64,000 bases of DNA, taken from IMG/VR virus record IMGVR_UViG_3300030693_000012; one strand, given 5' to 3'. This document shows, in pieces, positions 35,706 to 45,412 of this stretch (its first letter is position 1; each line of letters opens with the position of its first letter). The notes beneath the pieces were generated by a model, which did not search any database, was not told the origin of the DNA, and saw only the letters and a list, made by a program, of their open reading frames with translations. This stretch comes from a virus. A program made the translations under genes and the position numbers.

Positions 35706-36151
35706 TACAGCTCCATCAGAAAGATGTGGTGCCCAATCTGCACCGTCTCATGCACGACGGCCGGATTCCAGGTCTCGGGGAACTTCACTACTTGACCGGT
35801 CATAAGCGTGAACGTCGCGTTGCTCACGATGCCAGCGGGGTTCCAGTAGAGCGTTGCGCCCTCGGTCACATCCACCGTCTCGCCGTCGATGACCTGCCGC
35901 GCGATGGTCTGGGCCAGCGCGAAGCTCGGGTCAGTCGGGCTGGGCTGGAGGTGATACTCCGGATCTGAAGGGACGCTCATCGACGTGAACTGCCAGGCCC
36001 GGTAAACCTCATGCGAGAAGGTCGTGTCGTGCTTCACGGTCCGGTTTCGGATGACGCAAGCCACCGCCGTCATGCCCGCCGCACCCTCGCCGCGCGCTTC
36101 TTTCCAGAGGCAGAGGGCGGTGTCGGAGTAGTCGCTCGGGGTCGGGATCAA
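35705..36151 (-). CDS. Endolysin, SleB/CwlJ-like cell wall hydrolase (Hydrolase_2)
   Basis: CLWKEARGE...AVACVIRNR...QFTS...GATLYWNP...IGHHIF. Confidence 0.9.
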   Translation of the reverse strand: MIPTPSDYSDTALCLWKEARGEGAAGMTAVACVIRNRTVKHDTTFSHEVYRAWQFTSMSVPSDPEYHLQPSPTDPSFALAQTIARQVIDGETVDVTEGATLYWNPAGIVSNATFTLMTGQVVKFPETWNPAVVHETVQIGHHIFLMEL

Positions 36152-36540
36152 TTACCGCCTCGCTTCTTCTGGACGAAATATCCAGCCACCGAGGTCGCCA
36201 CCTGCAGGATCGTGAGAAGTATCGCCAGCCCGCGGATGTCGCCGTTGAACTCTGCGATAGCCAGGGCGTTCGCCCGGCTCGTCGACTCCAGCGCGTCCAT
36301 CCTTTTGATGTCCTCGGTGTGGATGGTCTCGATGTCCTTCACGAGATTGTCGATGCGGGTATCTTCGACAGCGGACTTGATTTCGAGGCCATAGACCGCA
36401 GCCGAATTGGCCGAGCTTTGGGGACTCTGCGCGGCGGCAGGGGGATGGCGCCCATCGAAGATGACGAACAGGCAGACCACGATGAAGGCCATCTTGCACA
36501 GCAGCACCACGCGACCCGTCCGATTCACGAAATCCCCCAT
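36148..36540 (-). CDS. Membrane protein with coiled coil (lysis-associated)
   Basis: Hydrophobic N- and C-terminal segments; adjacent to the endolysin. Confidence 0.55.
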   Translation of the reverse strand: MGDFVNRTGRVVLLCKMAFIVVCLFVIFDGRHPPAAAQSPQSSANSAAVYGLEIKSAVEDTRIDNLVKDIETIHTEDIKRMDALESTSRANALAIAEFNGDIRGLAILLTILQVATSVAGYFVQKKRGGN

Positions 36541-36558
36541 AGTTGCCTCACGCTGAAG

Positions 36559-36924
36559 TTACCCATCGCTCTTTGCAGAAGTCTCCGCTGAGGCCGGAGT
36601 CGACGACGCGTCGATGGGAGTCTTACTTTGCAGCTGGGCCGAAAGCTGATGCATTACATTCTGAGAGTTGGCGGAGACGCCAGTCAGCGTCCCGAGCATG
36701 AGGGTAAGGACCGCCAGGATGCCAGCGCCGGCCGGGTGGGTTTTGTCGGTGATGTAGACGTACGTCATCGCCGCAGTAACCGACAGGAACCCCAAAGAGC
36801 AGACGGCGAAGGTCGCAAGGAATACGAACCGGGTCGTCGACGGGCCACCCTCGAAGGGCAGCTCCTTCAGTATCCCCCATACCGATAATGTCTTGACACG
36901 CGCGTCGAGCTCTTCGTCTGCCAT
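36559..36924 (-). CDS. Putative holin (2 TM)
   Basis: Two TM helices; upstream of the endolysin. Confidence 0.6.
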   Translation of the reverse strand: MADEELDARVKTLSVWGILKELPFEGGPSTTRFVFLATFAVCSLGFLSVTAAMTYVYITDKTHPAGAGILAVLTLMLGTLTGVSANSQNVMHQLSAQLQSKTPIDASSTPASAETSAKSDG

Positions 36925-36954
36925 ACGTTCATTCTAGAGGCGGGCGCAAGAGGG

Positions 36955-39864
36955 TCAGAAGCTGACGTGCCCACCGGCATTCGCGCCGAAGTGAACGCCC
37001 TGCGGAGCGGGAGTGCCGAGGGTGATATTCCCTGTCCCGGTCGCCGCGAAGGTCAGCACCCCGGCGGTGTCCGAGGTGGCGCTAGAGGGCGCGCCAGTCC
37101 CCGCGACTGTGTAGACGGTGTTGGGCGTGAGATCGGAGACATACTGCGTCGTCGCCCCCGAGGCTGGGTAGGTCACCCCGGTAAAGGTAGCTGGCCACGC
37201 ACGCATGAAGCAAACCATCGACGCGCCAACCTTGCCGCAATCGAAGTTCTGGCCTCCGGTAGACTGCACCAGCGTCGTCGAGCTCTGCGTCAGGCTTGAT
37301 GTTCCCCATTCCATCACAGATAGAAACTTGGAGTTGGTAGCTACCGACGACGGGTTCACTTCGAGCGACGTATACGGCTCCCAATCAGCAGCCTGATCTG
37401 AGCTTCCAGACGTCAATCCAGCATTGGTAATGGTCGCCCCGGACGGCAGTAGGCTGGTGAAATATGCCTTCTGCGAACTGGACCGAGTGAGCCAGCTTGC
37501 CACGCTTCCAGAGATGGTCGGGTTTCCCGTCGTCATCAGATAAAGCTGCTTCGTCCAAGTGTTCGTGGTCGAGTCGCCACGGTCGTAATAGACAACCTGA
37601 TTCGATCCGCGCAGATAGATCAGCGACCGGGACGCGGTGATGCCAGAAGATAAATAGCCGAAGCCTCCATAAGTCGATCCATTGTAGGCATTGGATTGAT
37701 CGATGATTGCAGCCACATAGGTTGGCAGCTCGCTGTGCAGCAGTGTGATAAGTCCTTGCTGATAGGAGTGCCAGAACTGGCCTCCGTACTGCGCGGCATA
37801 CCCTTGCTCGCAACTATTCGCAACTGTGCAACTGGTTTGCGTTGGATTGTTCTGGAGGGCCACCAGGTTCTGCTGCGGAGCTGTCGTCATCTGATCGTTG
37901 TAGTCATTGAATTCAGCGCGGCCCTTGGTGATGTACTCGCCGTCAGAGTAAATATCGAACCGCCCATCGAACTCATGCTCATGGTCGATGGCCGTATTGG
38001 GCGCGTAGTAAGAAAACAGCGTTCCGCCCGATGTCCAGTTATTGCGCACCACGATGTGCTGGTTTCCAGCGTCGTACAGGTCGGTGGGCAGGGAAGGCCG
38101 TGGATCGGCTGGCAGACTGGCAAGCGGATCGGTAGCGGGTTGGGTGATAAACAAATCAGGAAGTACATCTTGTGCGTAGGTATTCGTTGTTTCGTTATTC
38201 CAGCCTGCGTAAAAGCAAGCCGAAGGGCATCCGTAGGATGTTCCAAGTGGGCCGCCAAAAGCGGTATTCAGTATTGTCCACAGCATTGCCGAATCGCCCT
38301 CAGTCCTCCCTATATAAGAGTTTCCCAACATTGTGGCCGATTGCGTGACAAAGTTGGATGGATATTTGTAGTAAGTAAGCTCGTCCCCCGTATTCAAGAA
38401 GTTAGTCGATCCCTGTATAACGGCTCCGCCTGCCGTGGTGAGGATGGGGCCAGTCAAAGATGCAAGATCGGTGATGTAGCGCAAGTCCCAGTAACTCGAC
38501 GAGGCAAGGCTCATCTGCGGCCCATAGGCAATCGGATCGAGATAGCCAGCCGTGTATGCGGCGTCGAGCGCCCACTTCAGCTTAGAAATTGATCCTCCAT
38601 AGCTGTTGCCCTCACTTGGCTCTCCGCCACGTCCAAGACCAAAGCAAGGAGTTTTCGTTCCCAGCGGTGCCCATGTGCTGTCGCAACTTGGCACGGTCGA
38701 AAGGTTCGCGTAAGCGGTCTGGTATGCCTGCCACGTCACGTTCGGGTCTTCCATGTCGGCCCAGTCTTTGTACATCATGCCTCCCGTGAAATACGTCCAG
38801 TAGGCATGTAGGGAACCAGCCGTCCCATCGGGACAGACCTGATAACGCGTGGCTGAACAGGTGTTCGTCAGCGGGGGATCGTCTGTCGTGTTGTCATTGA
38901 ATGTCAGGGCGTCGGCCACCAGATAAAGCATCTTGCTCTGGGTGTAGTTGTTTCCCATCGCCCGCTGATTTGTATAGTCAAACTCGTTCCCCGTATCGAA
39001 CTGCGAGGAACTGTTGTAGTTACCGATCACCGCAAGCGTTCCATTGCCGCTGTTGGTGACAGTAAACTTTGCAAAGGCCGCCAGAAATTCCCGCGCCTGG
39101 ATCAAGTCTGTTGAGTTTAGATATCCCCCCGCCATCAGCCAATCTGGAGTGAGCGTAAATGCTTTCGCACTGTCCGACCAGTGGTTTCCTCCATAGGCGC
39201 TCGGGTTCGCGATGAACTGATCCATCATGTAAGTAAAAATGTCGCGTCCCGCGCAACCCCATTGGTAACTAGGATCAGAAGGATCAATCATCGACATAAA
39301 GGCAAAGAGATTGGCGTCCCCTTCTTTGTAGCTTTGCGACTGGTCCGAGGAGGGGCCGCTTCCACCCACGCAGGCCGATCCATTCCATGTGCTGAAAGTC
39401 CAAATGCCAGAGTCTGTCGTGTACAAGTTGACGGCCGCGGTACGCAGCGCCTGGTAAAGCGTGTTGCCACTCGTCGCCTTAGCTCGCAAACCGGGCAACA
39501 TCGCCGCCGTTACCAGCAGCCGCGGGTGGCTCGTCGCCGGAGTTGGAGACCCCGTGAACGTTACGGTCGAGGTTGCCGTAACCGAGCCGACGTTGGTGGT
39601 AGCAGTCAGGGTGTCGGTCTCAGCAGTTGTGTCGTAGAGCGCGATGGTACAAGGCTCGTTCACTACGCAAGGATTGGTGCCAACCAGCGTCCCGGTCCCG
39701 CTCGTGATCGACCAGGTGACGGTCTTGTTGTTCACACCCTGCACGACGGCTGTGACGGTCTGATAAGTGCCGATGGGGGCGATGGCGACGGTGGGATACA
39801 CCGAAAGCGTCTGCGCCCATACATGGGCCGAGCACAGCAGTGCGAAGGTAAGTAGGCGTCTCAT
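36955..39864 (-). CDS. Exported Ig-like + heparinase II/III-type polysaccharide lyase-like protein
   Basis: Signal MRRLLTFALLCSAHVWA|Q; Ig-like VNNKTVTWS; HPRLL; DHEHEFDGRFDIY motif. Confidence 0.7.
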   Translation of the reverse strand: MRRLLTFALLCSAHVWAQTLSVYPTVAIAPIGTYQTVTAVVQGVNNKTVTWSITSGTGTLVGTNPCVVNEPCTIALYDTTAETDTLTATTNVGSVTATSTVTFTGSPTPATSHPRLLVTAAMLPGLRAKATSGNTLYQALRTAAVNLYTTDSGIWTFSTWNGSACVGGSGPSSDQSQSYKEGDANLFAFMSMIDPSDPSYQWGCAGRDIFTYMMDQFIANPSAYGGNHWSDSAKAFTLTPDWLMAGGYLNSTDLIQAREFLAAFAKFTVTNSGNGTLAVIGNYNSSSQFDTGNEFDYTNQRAMGNNYTQSKMLYLVADALTFNDNTTDDPPLTNTCSATRYQVCPDGTAGSLHAYWTYFTGGMMYKDWADMEDPNVTWQAYQTAYANLSTVPSCDSTWAPLGTKTPCFGLGRGGEPSEGNSYGGSISKLKWALDAAYTAGYLDPIAYGPQMSLASSSYWDLRYITDLASLTGPILTTAGGAVIQGSTNFLNTGDELTYYKYPSNFVTQSATMLGNSYIGRTEGDSAMLWTILNTAFGGPLGTSYGCPSACFYAGWNNETTNTYAQDVLPDLFITQPATDPLASLPADPRPSLPTDLYDAGNQHIVVRNNWTSGGTLFSYYAPNTAIDHEHEFDGRFDIYSDGEYITKGRAEFNDYNDQMTTAPQQNLVALQNNPTQTSCTVANSCEQGYAAQYGGQFWHSYQQGLITLLHSELPTYVAAIIDQSNAYNGSTYGGFGYLSSGITASRSLIYLRGSNQVVYYDRGDSTTNTWTKQLYLMTTGNPTISGSVASWLTRSSSQKAYFTSLLPSGATITNAGLTSGSSDQAADWEPYTSLEVNPSSVATNSKFLSVMEWGTSSLTQSSTTLVQSTGGQNFDCGKVGASMVCFMRAWPATFTGVTYPASGATTQYVSDLTPNTVYTVAGTGAPSSATSDTAGVLTFAATGTGNITLGTPAPQGVHFGANAGGHVSF

Positions 39865-42167
39865 TAGAATGACCAGTGACAACCGGATGTAGAACCGAGT
39901 GCGTTAGGCACGTCTGTTATTGCAAAATCTCCAGCGGTCGCCGTTGCTGGAATCACCAAGCCGGTGGTCGAGTGGTCCGTACCGTTGATCGGCTGCGTCG
40001 AGTTGAAATTCTTCAACGTGATCACTTGGCTGGTTTGATTGTTGATCGTGTAGACGGCCCCCGACTGACCGACGCATGAGGGAAGAGTCAAAGTTTCCCC
40101 GGCGGAAGCCTGCGTAAGTTCAATGTAGCCATCCGACGCGAGCATTTGATATGCGGTGGTGGTCACCGGAGCATTGGTGACAGTCATAGTTAGCCCAACG
40201 TTTTCACCGGAAAAAGCGGTGTATGTTTGTGCTCCCGAAGGCAAGGTGCTTTGACCGGTGAGATAATACAGCGGCGTGCCGCCCCCAAGTCCCGGACCCG
40301 TTGCAGTCACCCATACCACAGGAAACTCACCGGCAACCGCATTCAGTGGTGCCGTGAATCCAACACCCGCAACAAAGGTCTGATTGCCGGATGTCGCAGT
40401 AGGTGTCACGGTGAATGAAGAACCCGGAACGATTGTAAATGTTGGTGCTGTTCCGGTCGCATACGCGAGAGTGATTGGAGTGGTTGTTGGCGCTGCATTG
40501 AATCCCAAGGTGATTGAACTTAGTGGCCCTGAGATAAGTGGAGAGGGAACCACAATCGCCCAGTTCGCTGGCATATTATTGTTGTACGAACCTGGTATTG
40601 ACCCGGCGGTGCCAACAGCACCCGCCACCGTTTGGACAATGGCGTTCGGATTGCTCTTGTTATACCCGAAGTAATATTCCATCGAGTTCCACGCATCGGC
40701 CTGCATGAGCAAATAGCCAGCATTTTGCAGATGGACGAAATCAGACTGATAATAAGTCCCGTTGGTGTTACACGATGAACATCCGAGATAGGGGTCGGCT
40801 GCGAAGTCGAGGATTCCTGCTGCTCCCCACGCCTTCCAGTTTTGCCGAATAAGGTTGTCCAGAGCGATTTGATTTGCGTTCCATGTCAAACCGTTGGGCG
40901 GAGCCGGTGAGCTGCCTCGACTTATCATCGTACCCACGAAAACCTTGCACCCGGCTTGCGTGAGTAGCTGAATTTGATTTGCTAAATACCCCGCTACATT
41001 CGCCGCGGTGGCTGTCGAATAATTAGAAAAATTATTTGTTCCATCGAAGACTGTTGCTATCTGTGGGCCTTGATTGGAGGAACAGTTAGGGGCGGCGCTA
41101 CCGGCGTTTGTGGACATGATGTAGTCAGCCGTTTTCCCCGCATTGCCGAGGTTTGTTACAAGCCCAAATGTAGGAACAGGCGCAGGTGGTTGATTCACCC
41201 AACAATCACCCGGAACAGTACCGTAAAGGCAGTAAGTGAGCGAGTCCCCATAGGCATACCAATTAGGCCCTATGGAGTTCCATTGGACGCCTATACTCCC
41301 TGCTCCTCTCGCCTGAATATCAGAACTTGAGGCTGCATATTCCTGAGCAACTTGAGCCGCCGTCAGTTCTGTAGACCATCCAATAAATTCGTACTCAGTG
41401 ACAATTGACGCTGAATTTAGGCCGCACGATTGGCATGCTCCTAATATCCAGTTCCCCGACAGTTGAGTTCCCGCGCTATACCCGCGATTGGTGTACGGCG
41501 TCACTTCCACTCCGTCAAAATAAAAGTGATCGTAGTCACTGCCGCTGGTTCCAAAAGTAACGATGACAACGTGGTTGCCCGAAGACAGGTTCACGGGGGA
41601 AGTGGTCGTATCAGCACCGTACTTCCACAGTGCCAGGCCGGGCGTAGTAGACCAATTGTTGCCTCCAACCGAGCTGATCCACGCACTCAAGAATATCCAG
41701 GGGCCGTTGTTTGTGGCTCCGCTAGTGCTGGGTGTCAAAACTGCCGCTTCGGCTCCACTACCGGACGAACCCGTTATAGGGATGTTGATTACAAACTCGA
41801 AAGTCCGCAGATTGTTGACGGAGGTTGGAAGAGGCGCACATCTAGCGTTGTCGGGAAAGAACAACCCAACTAGGGTGGACTGTGGGGCATTCGCACCTGT
41901 GCATAGAGTGGCGTTATTTCCGTTACCGCTAGAATCCGTTATGGTCGTGCCACTGATGAATTGAGGAAGCATGTTCAGAAAAATCTCGGCGCCTGAGATA
42001 TGCTGCGATGTGTTCGCGATCAAGCACGTTGATTCTGACAGGCAAGGGTTGCTGTTGATCGTCGTAGTGGTAGATACGTGCGCCGTCTGCCCATTGATCG
42101 TTGATTGACCGAGTGCGGGTAACGCGAATACCAGAGGCAGCGCGAGAATAAAATTACGGAGTGACAT
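39864..42167 (-). CDS. Exported LamG/lectin-like + SGNH esterase protein
   Basis: Signal MSLRNFILALPLVFALPALG|Q; DSSGNGNNAT LamG-type start; SGNH blocks GDSLT, GNAG, DGTNN, DFVH. Confidence 0.75.
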   Translation of the reverse strand: MSLRNFILALPLVFALPALGQSTINGQTAHVSTTTTINSNPCLSESTCLIANTSQHISGAEIFLNMLPQFISGTTITDSSGNGNNATLCTGANAPQSTLVGLFFPDNARCAPLPTSVNNLRTFEFVINIPITGSSGSGAEAAVLTPSTSGATNNGPWIFLSAWISSVGGNNWSTTPGLALWKYGADTTTSPVNLSSGNHVVIVTFGTSGSDYDHFYFDGVEVTPYTNRGYSAGTQLSGNWILGACQSCGLNSASIVTEYEFIGWSTELTAAQVAQEYAASSSDIQARGAGSIGVQWNSIGPNWYAYGDSLTYCLYGTVPGDCWVNQPPAPVPTFGLVTNLGNAGKTADYIMSTNAGSAAPNCSSNQGPQIATVFDGTNNFSNYSTATAANVAGYLANQIQLLTQAGCKVFVGTMISRGSSPAPPNGLTWNANQIALDNLIRQNWKAWGAAGILDFAADPYLGCSSCNTNGTYYQSDFVHLQNAGYLLMQADAWNSMEYYFGYNKSNPNAIVQTVAGAVGTAGSIPGSYNNNMPANWAIVVPSPLISGPLSSITLGFNAAPTTTPITLAYATGTAPTFTIVPGSSFTVTPTATSGNQTFVAGVGFTAPLNAVAGEFPVVWVTATGPGLGGGTPLYYLTGQSTLPSGAQTYTAFSGENVGLTMTVTNAPVTTTAYQMLASDGYIELTQASAGETLTLPSCVGQSGAVYTINNQTSQVITLKNFNSTQPINGTDHSTTGLVIPATATAGDFAITDVPNALGSTSGCHWSF

Positions 42168-44265
42168 TGATAGCTCCTAGACTTTCTGATTCGAGAGTGG
42201 TTCCGTTGAATGAATCAAATGCCTGCAGTGCACATGTATTAGCGGGCATCGTGCCGATCCCGGTCATTCCCCCATTCACACCTGAGGGCCACGTCCAAGA
42301 GTATGGACCCCCACTGGTAGGCTGACATACACGGAAGACTATGTGTTGACTTAAGGCAATGCCTGTGATCGTGGGTGTGGTGTTGCCGCTCAAGGTGATG
42401 GTCTGAAGACAATTGGTGGCTGTGATGACGGGAGTTGTCCCGCTTAGAGTTGTGACGGTTGGGCATCCTCCGCCGCCAGTCCCGTTCGCGGCGAGCGTGA
42501 TGGTGCCGTCGGCAGCGATCGTGATGTTCGCATTCGTATAAGACCCCGGCGTCACCGCCGTCGAGGCGATGTTCGCATGGGGCAAGAGGCCGGTCACGTC
42601 GGCGCTCGCGAGATTGACAGCCGAGAACGTCATCTGCGCAACCGCACTCGAGAGCGCGCTGACATGAGCGATTCCGGCAGCGGAGACGGTGAGGGGGAAC
42701 TGGATGCCGTAGGCCGTCATAGACGAGCCGCTGGGTCCGAGGAGGTTGACGTTCCCGGCGAAGAGGGTTGGGAGCGAGGTTCCAGGCGCAAGGCCGATCG
42801 GAGCGGCGACGCCCGCGGTTCCGGTAGTTGCTACCGAACTCGGCGCGATGGCCTGCCCTGCGATGGCCGCAACGACGTTCGTCGCATTGACTGGGGTCGT
42901 GACCGAGATCGCGCCCGTGGAGTTGGTGATCGTGGTTCCGTCTGGCTTCACACCGCCCAGCGTGCTGGAGGTCGCGGCAGGAAGGGTATAGGTAGAGGCG
43001 TTGGCAAGGACGAAAGCGTCCGTGGCGAGCTTGGTCGAGTTGTCGCCGGTGGTCTGCGTGACGGCGGAGATGCCGTTCGGGAGCGCCGGGGTGCCGCTCA
43101 AATTGGCCGCTGTGCCGCTGGTGTTCGCTGCGATCGACGCCGGAATATCCCCAGAAACGAGAGCGCGGACGCCAACCGCACCAGAAGATCCGTTGGGAGT
43201 GGCAACCACCTCGTTCGCCGGACCCGAATAGCTGGATCCAGCCCCTCCGCCTTTGGGCCAGCACCAGACATTGGTGTATGCGGTTGCGCCATCTAGGTAG
43301 CAGGTGATCAGCAGCTCGGCCCCCGAAGTTGTGGGCATGGCGGGAGGCGAGCCGACAGGAAGGCCGTTCGACAGCCAATAGACGCCAGGAGCTGTGAAAG
43401 ACCCGCTAAAGGGCGTGGTACTCGACTGGATGAGCTTGAACGTGATCTCGGCGGTGCCGGTGCCAACGGGCGGCTCAATGATGGTCAGAGCGCACGAGTC
43501 GCCATCCGTCAACGTGAGGCTCTGATTATTCCCGTTCAAAGGGTCGATCGTCGCGGAGGTAGTGCAGGTCCCCTCGCTGACCTCGCCGGCCGCGAAGAGA
43601 GGGCCAGTGAACTGGTCAAAGGTCGGATGGAATATGAGGCCAGGCCCCGTGAAGTCGCCGACGCTGCACTTCGGGTCGGTGTTATAGCCAATCTCAGCCG
43701 CAAACTGGGCATATCCCAACGACGCGAAACAGATCGGTATCCCACCCCCTACTTGGTACTGGTAGAGAGACAGATAGGGCACACCACCGGAGCTGTTGCC
43801 GAGTTCAATCCCGAGCGTTCCCGGAAGGACGCCGAAGCCGGAGGTCTGGACGTAATATCCTCCGAGGTCTTGGGCTGACACATAGCCAGTAGGATCGACT
43901 TCGATGCCGCCCGGCTGAATATAGCCAATCTGACCCGTCGAGTTCACGACGGTGGCTTCCCGCCCCGGAGAGTCGACAAGATTGATATTGAACGGCCCAG
44001 TCAAGAGATTGTGGGTGTCCGTGATGGCGAACGTGCCGACGTAGGGCCCATCGATGCCAGCGACGGTGACGCCATCCGGAAGGTAAATCTGGCAGTTCGT
44101 CAGAGGACTGAGGGTGCAGTCACCCGCCGCAGAGAAATCGACGACCGCCATGCCATTTGTGGAATCGGTGGTCGATGGCACATAGAGATGGCCGCCCACC
44201 TTGGACTGCGCCGAGGCGATGATCGAGGACAGAAGGATAACGGCCAGGGAGAGGTTTTTTAGCAT
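42154..44265 (-). CDS. Tail-fibre-like protein with a signal peptide
   Basis: Signal MLKNLSLAVILLSSIIASA|Q; fibre motifs YTLPAATSSTLGGVK and GDNSTKLATDAFV; C-terminal TITLSGN...YSWTWPSG module. Confidence 0.7.
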   Translation of the reverse strand: MLKNLSLAVILLSSIIASAQSKVGGHLYVPSTTDSTNGMAVVDFSAAGDCTLSPLTNCQIYLPDGVTVAGIDGPYVGTFAITDTHNLLTGPFNINLVDSPGREATVVNSTGQIGYIQPGGIEVDPTGYVSAQDLGGYYVQTSGFGVLPGTLGIELGNSSGGVPYLSLYQYQVGGGIPICFASLGYAQFAAEIGYNTDPKCSVGDFTGPGLIFHPTFDQFTGPLFAAGEVSEGTCTTSATIDPLNGNNQSLTLTDGDSCALTIIEPPVGTGTAEITFKLIQSSTTPFSGSFTAPGVYWLSNGLPVGSPPAMPTTSGAELLITCYLDGATAYTNVWCWPKGGGAGSSYSGPANEVVATPNGSSGAVGVRALVSGDIPASIAANTSGTAANLSGTPALPNGISAVTQTTGDNSTKLATDAFVLANASTYTLPAATSSTLGGVKPDGTTITNSTGAISVTTPVNATNVVAAIAGQAIAPSSVATTGTAGVAAPIGLAPGTSLPTLFAGNVNLLGPSGSSMTAYGIQFPLTVSAAGIAHVSALSSAVAQMTFSAVNLASADVTGLLPHANIASTAVTPGSYTNANITIAADGTITLAANGTGGGGCPTVTTLSGTTPVITATNCLQTITLSGNTTPTITGIALSQHIVFRVCQPTSGGPYSWTWPSGVNGGMTGIGTMPANTCALQAFDSFNGTTLESESLGAINVTP

Positions 44266-45299
44266 GAGGAGGCTCCGAGCGTGAACGGGACACTAAGGCT
44301 GTTGATGCTCATGTACATCCAGACGGTCACGTTCGAACCGTACGCGTTGGTCATCGTCACCGAGACCGGCGCATGCATCGGGAAGCCGAAGCCGCCCGAG
44401 CTGAAGGAGCAGGAATTACTCAGCGCGACCACGTAGATGTACTGGTCTGAAGGGTTGAGAGGTCCCCAGCTCGTTTGAGCCCCGAGACCCGCGCTTGGAA
44501 GTGTGCCGGTGGCTCCGACCAGAACGGCGCTGGTTCCAGAAGCGGTCAGCCCGGTCGCTCCGGCCGTTCCGACTCCAGCAAACTCGCGGACGGCGAAGGA
44601 TCGTCCCTGTGTGGCGCCGGCGGTCTGGGCTGGGGCCGTCGATGTCGTGGTGGCGCTCCAGGTGGTGTTTGCCGAGTAGACGTAAGGGAAGACCGCCGAA
44701 GTGAAAGGCGTCGTCAGCGTCACATTGTGCGTGCCGTCGGAGACGGTACCGCTGGCCGGTGTGCCGTTGCTGTAGCTCAGGGTGCAGGTGTTCGGATTGG
44801 TCGAGTTGTTGCCAGCCTCGAAGGGGCCGCCCGCCGCGGTGCAGGACATGCTCACCGCGAAGGGCGATCCGATAGCCGAAATGCATCCGTCGGTGATGGT
44901 GGCAACCTGACCAGAGAGGCTGAGGGTGACCGTTGGCCCCGTGCAACCGGACCCGCTGCCCGCAGACCCGAGAGCCAGCCAACTCGACGAGCTTCCGGGG
45001 GTGATGCCGGTGTTGTTCGCGATCGTGCTGAGGTAGGTGCCCCCAGAGTAGGTGACGATGTTGTCGAGCTGGTAGTTGATCCCGGACGACCACGCGCCCT
45101 GATAGGGATTCAGCAGCGCCCATAGGGTGTTGTCGATCTTGGTCATCGAGCCGTTGTAGCAGACGCCCCAGGCCGTGACGCCATTCGGCGGAAGACAGAA
45201 GCTGAAGTGCGGGGTCTGGGGGAACCCACCTTGGGCGCGGGCAGACGCCGCTCCGAAGAAGAAGGCGGCCATCGCCAAGACCAGTTTGAGCTTGCGCAT
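44259..45299 (-). CDS. Exported protein with a CBM5/12-like carbohydrate-binding repeat
   Basis: Signal MRKLKLVLAMAAFFFGAASARA|Q; YQGAWSSGINYQLDNIVTYSGGTY...PGSSSSW. Confidence 0.7.
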   Translation of the reverse strand: MRKLKLVLAMAAFFFGAASARAQGGFPQTPHFSFCLPPNGVTAWGVCYNGSMTKIDNTLWALLNPYQGAWSSGINYQLDNIVTYSGGTYLSTIANNTGITPGSSSSWLALGSAGSGSGCTGPTVTLSLSGQVATITDGCISAIGSPFAVSMSCTAAGGPFEAGNNSTNPNTCTLSYSNGTPASGTVSDGTHNVTLTTPFTSAVFPYVYSANTTWSATTTSTAPAQTAGATQGRSFAVREFAGVGTAGATGLTASGTSAVLVGATGTLPSAGLGAQTSWGPLNPSDQYIYVVALSNSCSFSSGGFGFPMHAPVSVTMTNAYGSNVTVWMYMSINSLSVPFTLGASSC

Positions 45300-45412
45300 T
45301 ACTTCCTCCCGAATAACCTCATGATGTGCTTCCGCAGGAAGAACCCGGCGGTTGCGAGAGCAGCGCCCAGAGACTGCAAAGCCAGAAAGCCAGAACCCGG
45401 ATCGACATACAT
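45299..45412 (-). CDS. 37-aa single-TM YxDPG miniprotein
   Basis: Manual translation MYVDPGSGFLALQSLGAALATAGFFLRKHIMRLFGRK; TAATG overlaps on both sides. Confidence 0.75.
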   Translation of the reverse strand: MYVDPGSGFLALQSLGAALATAGFFLRKHIMRLFGRK

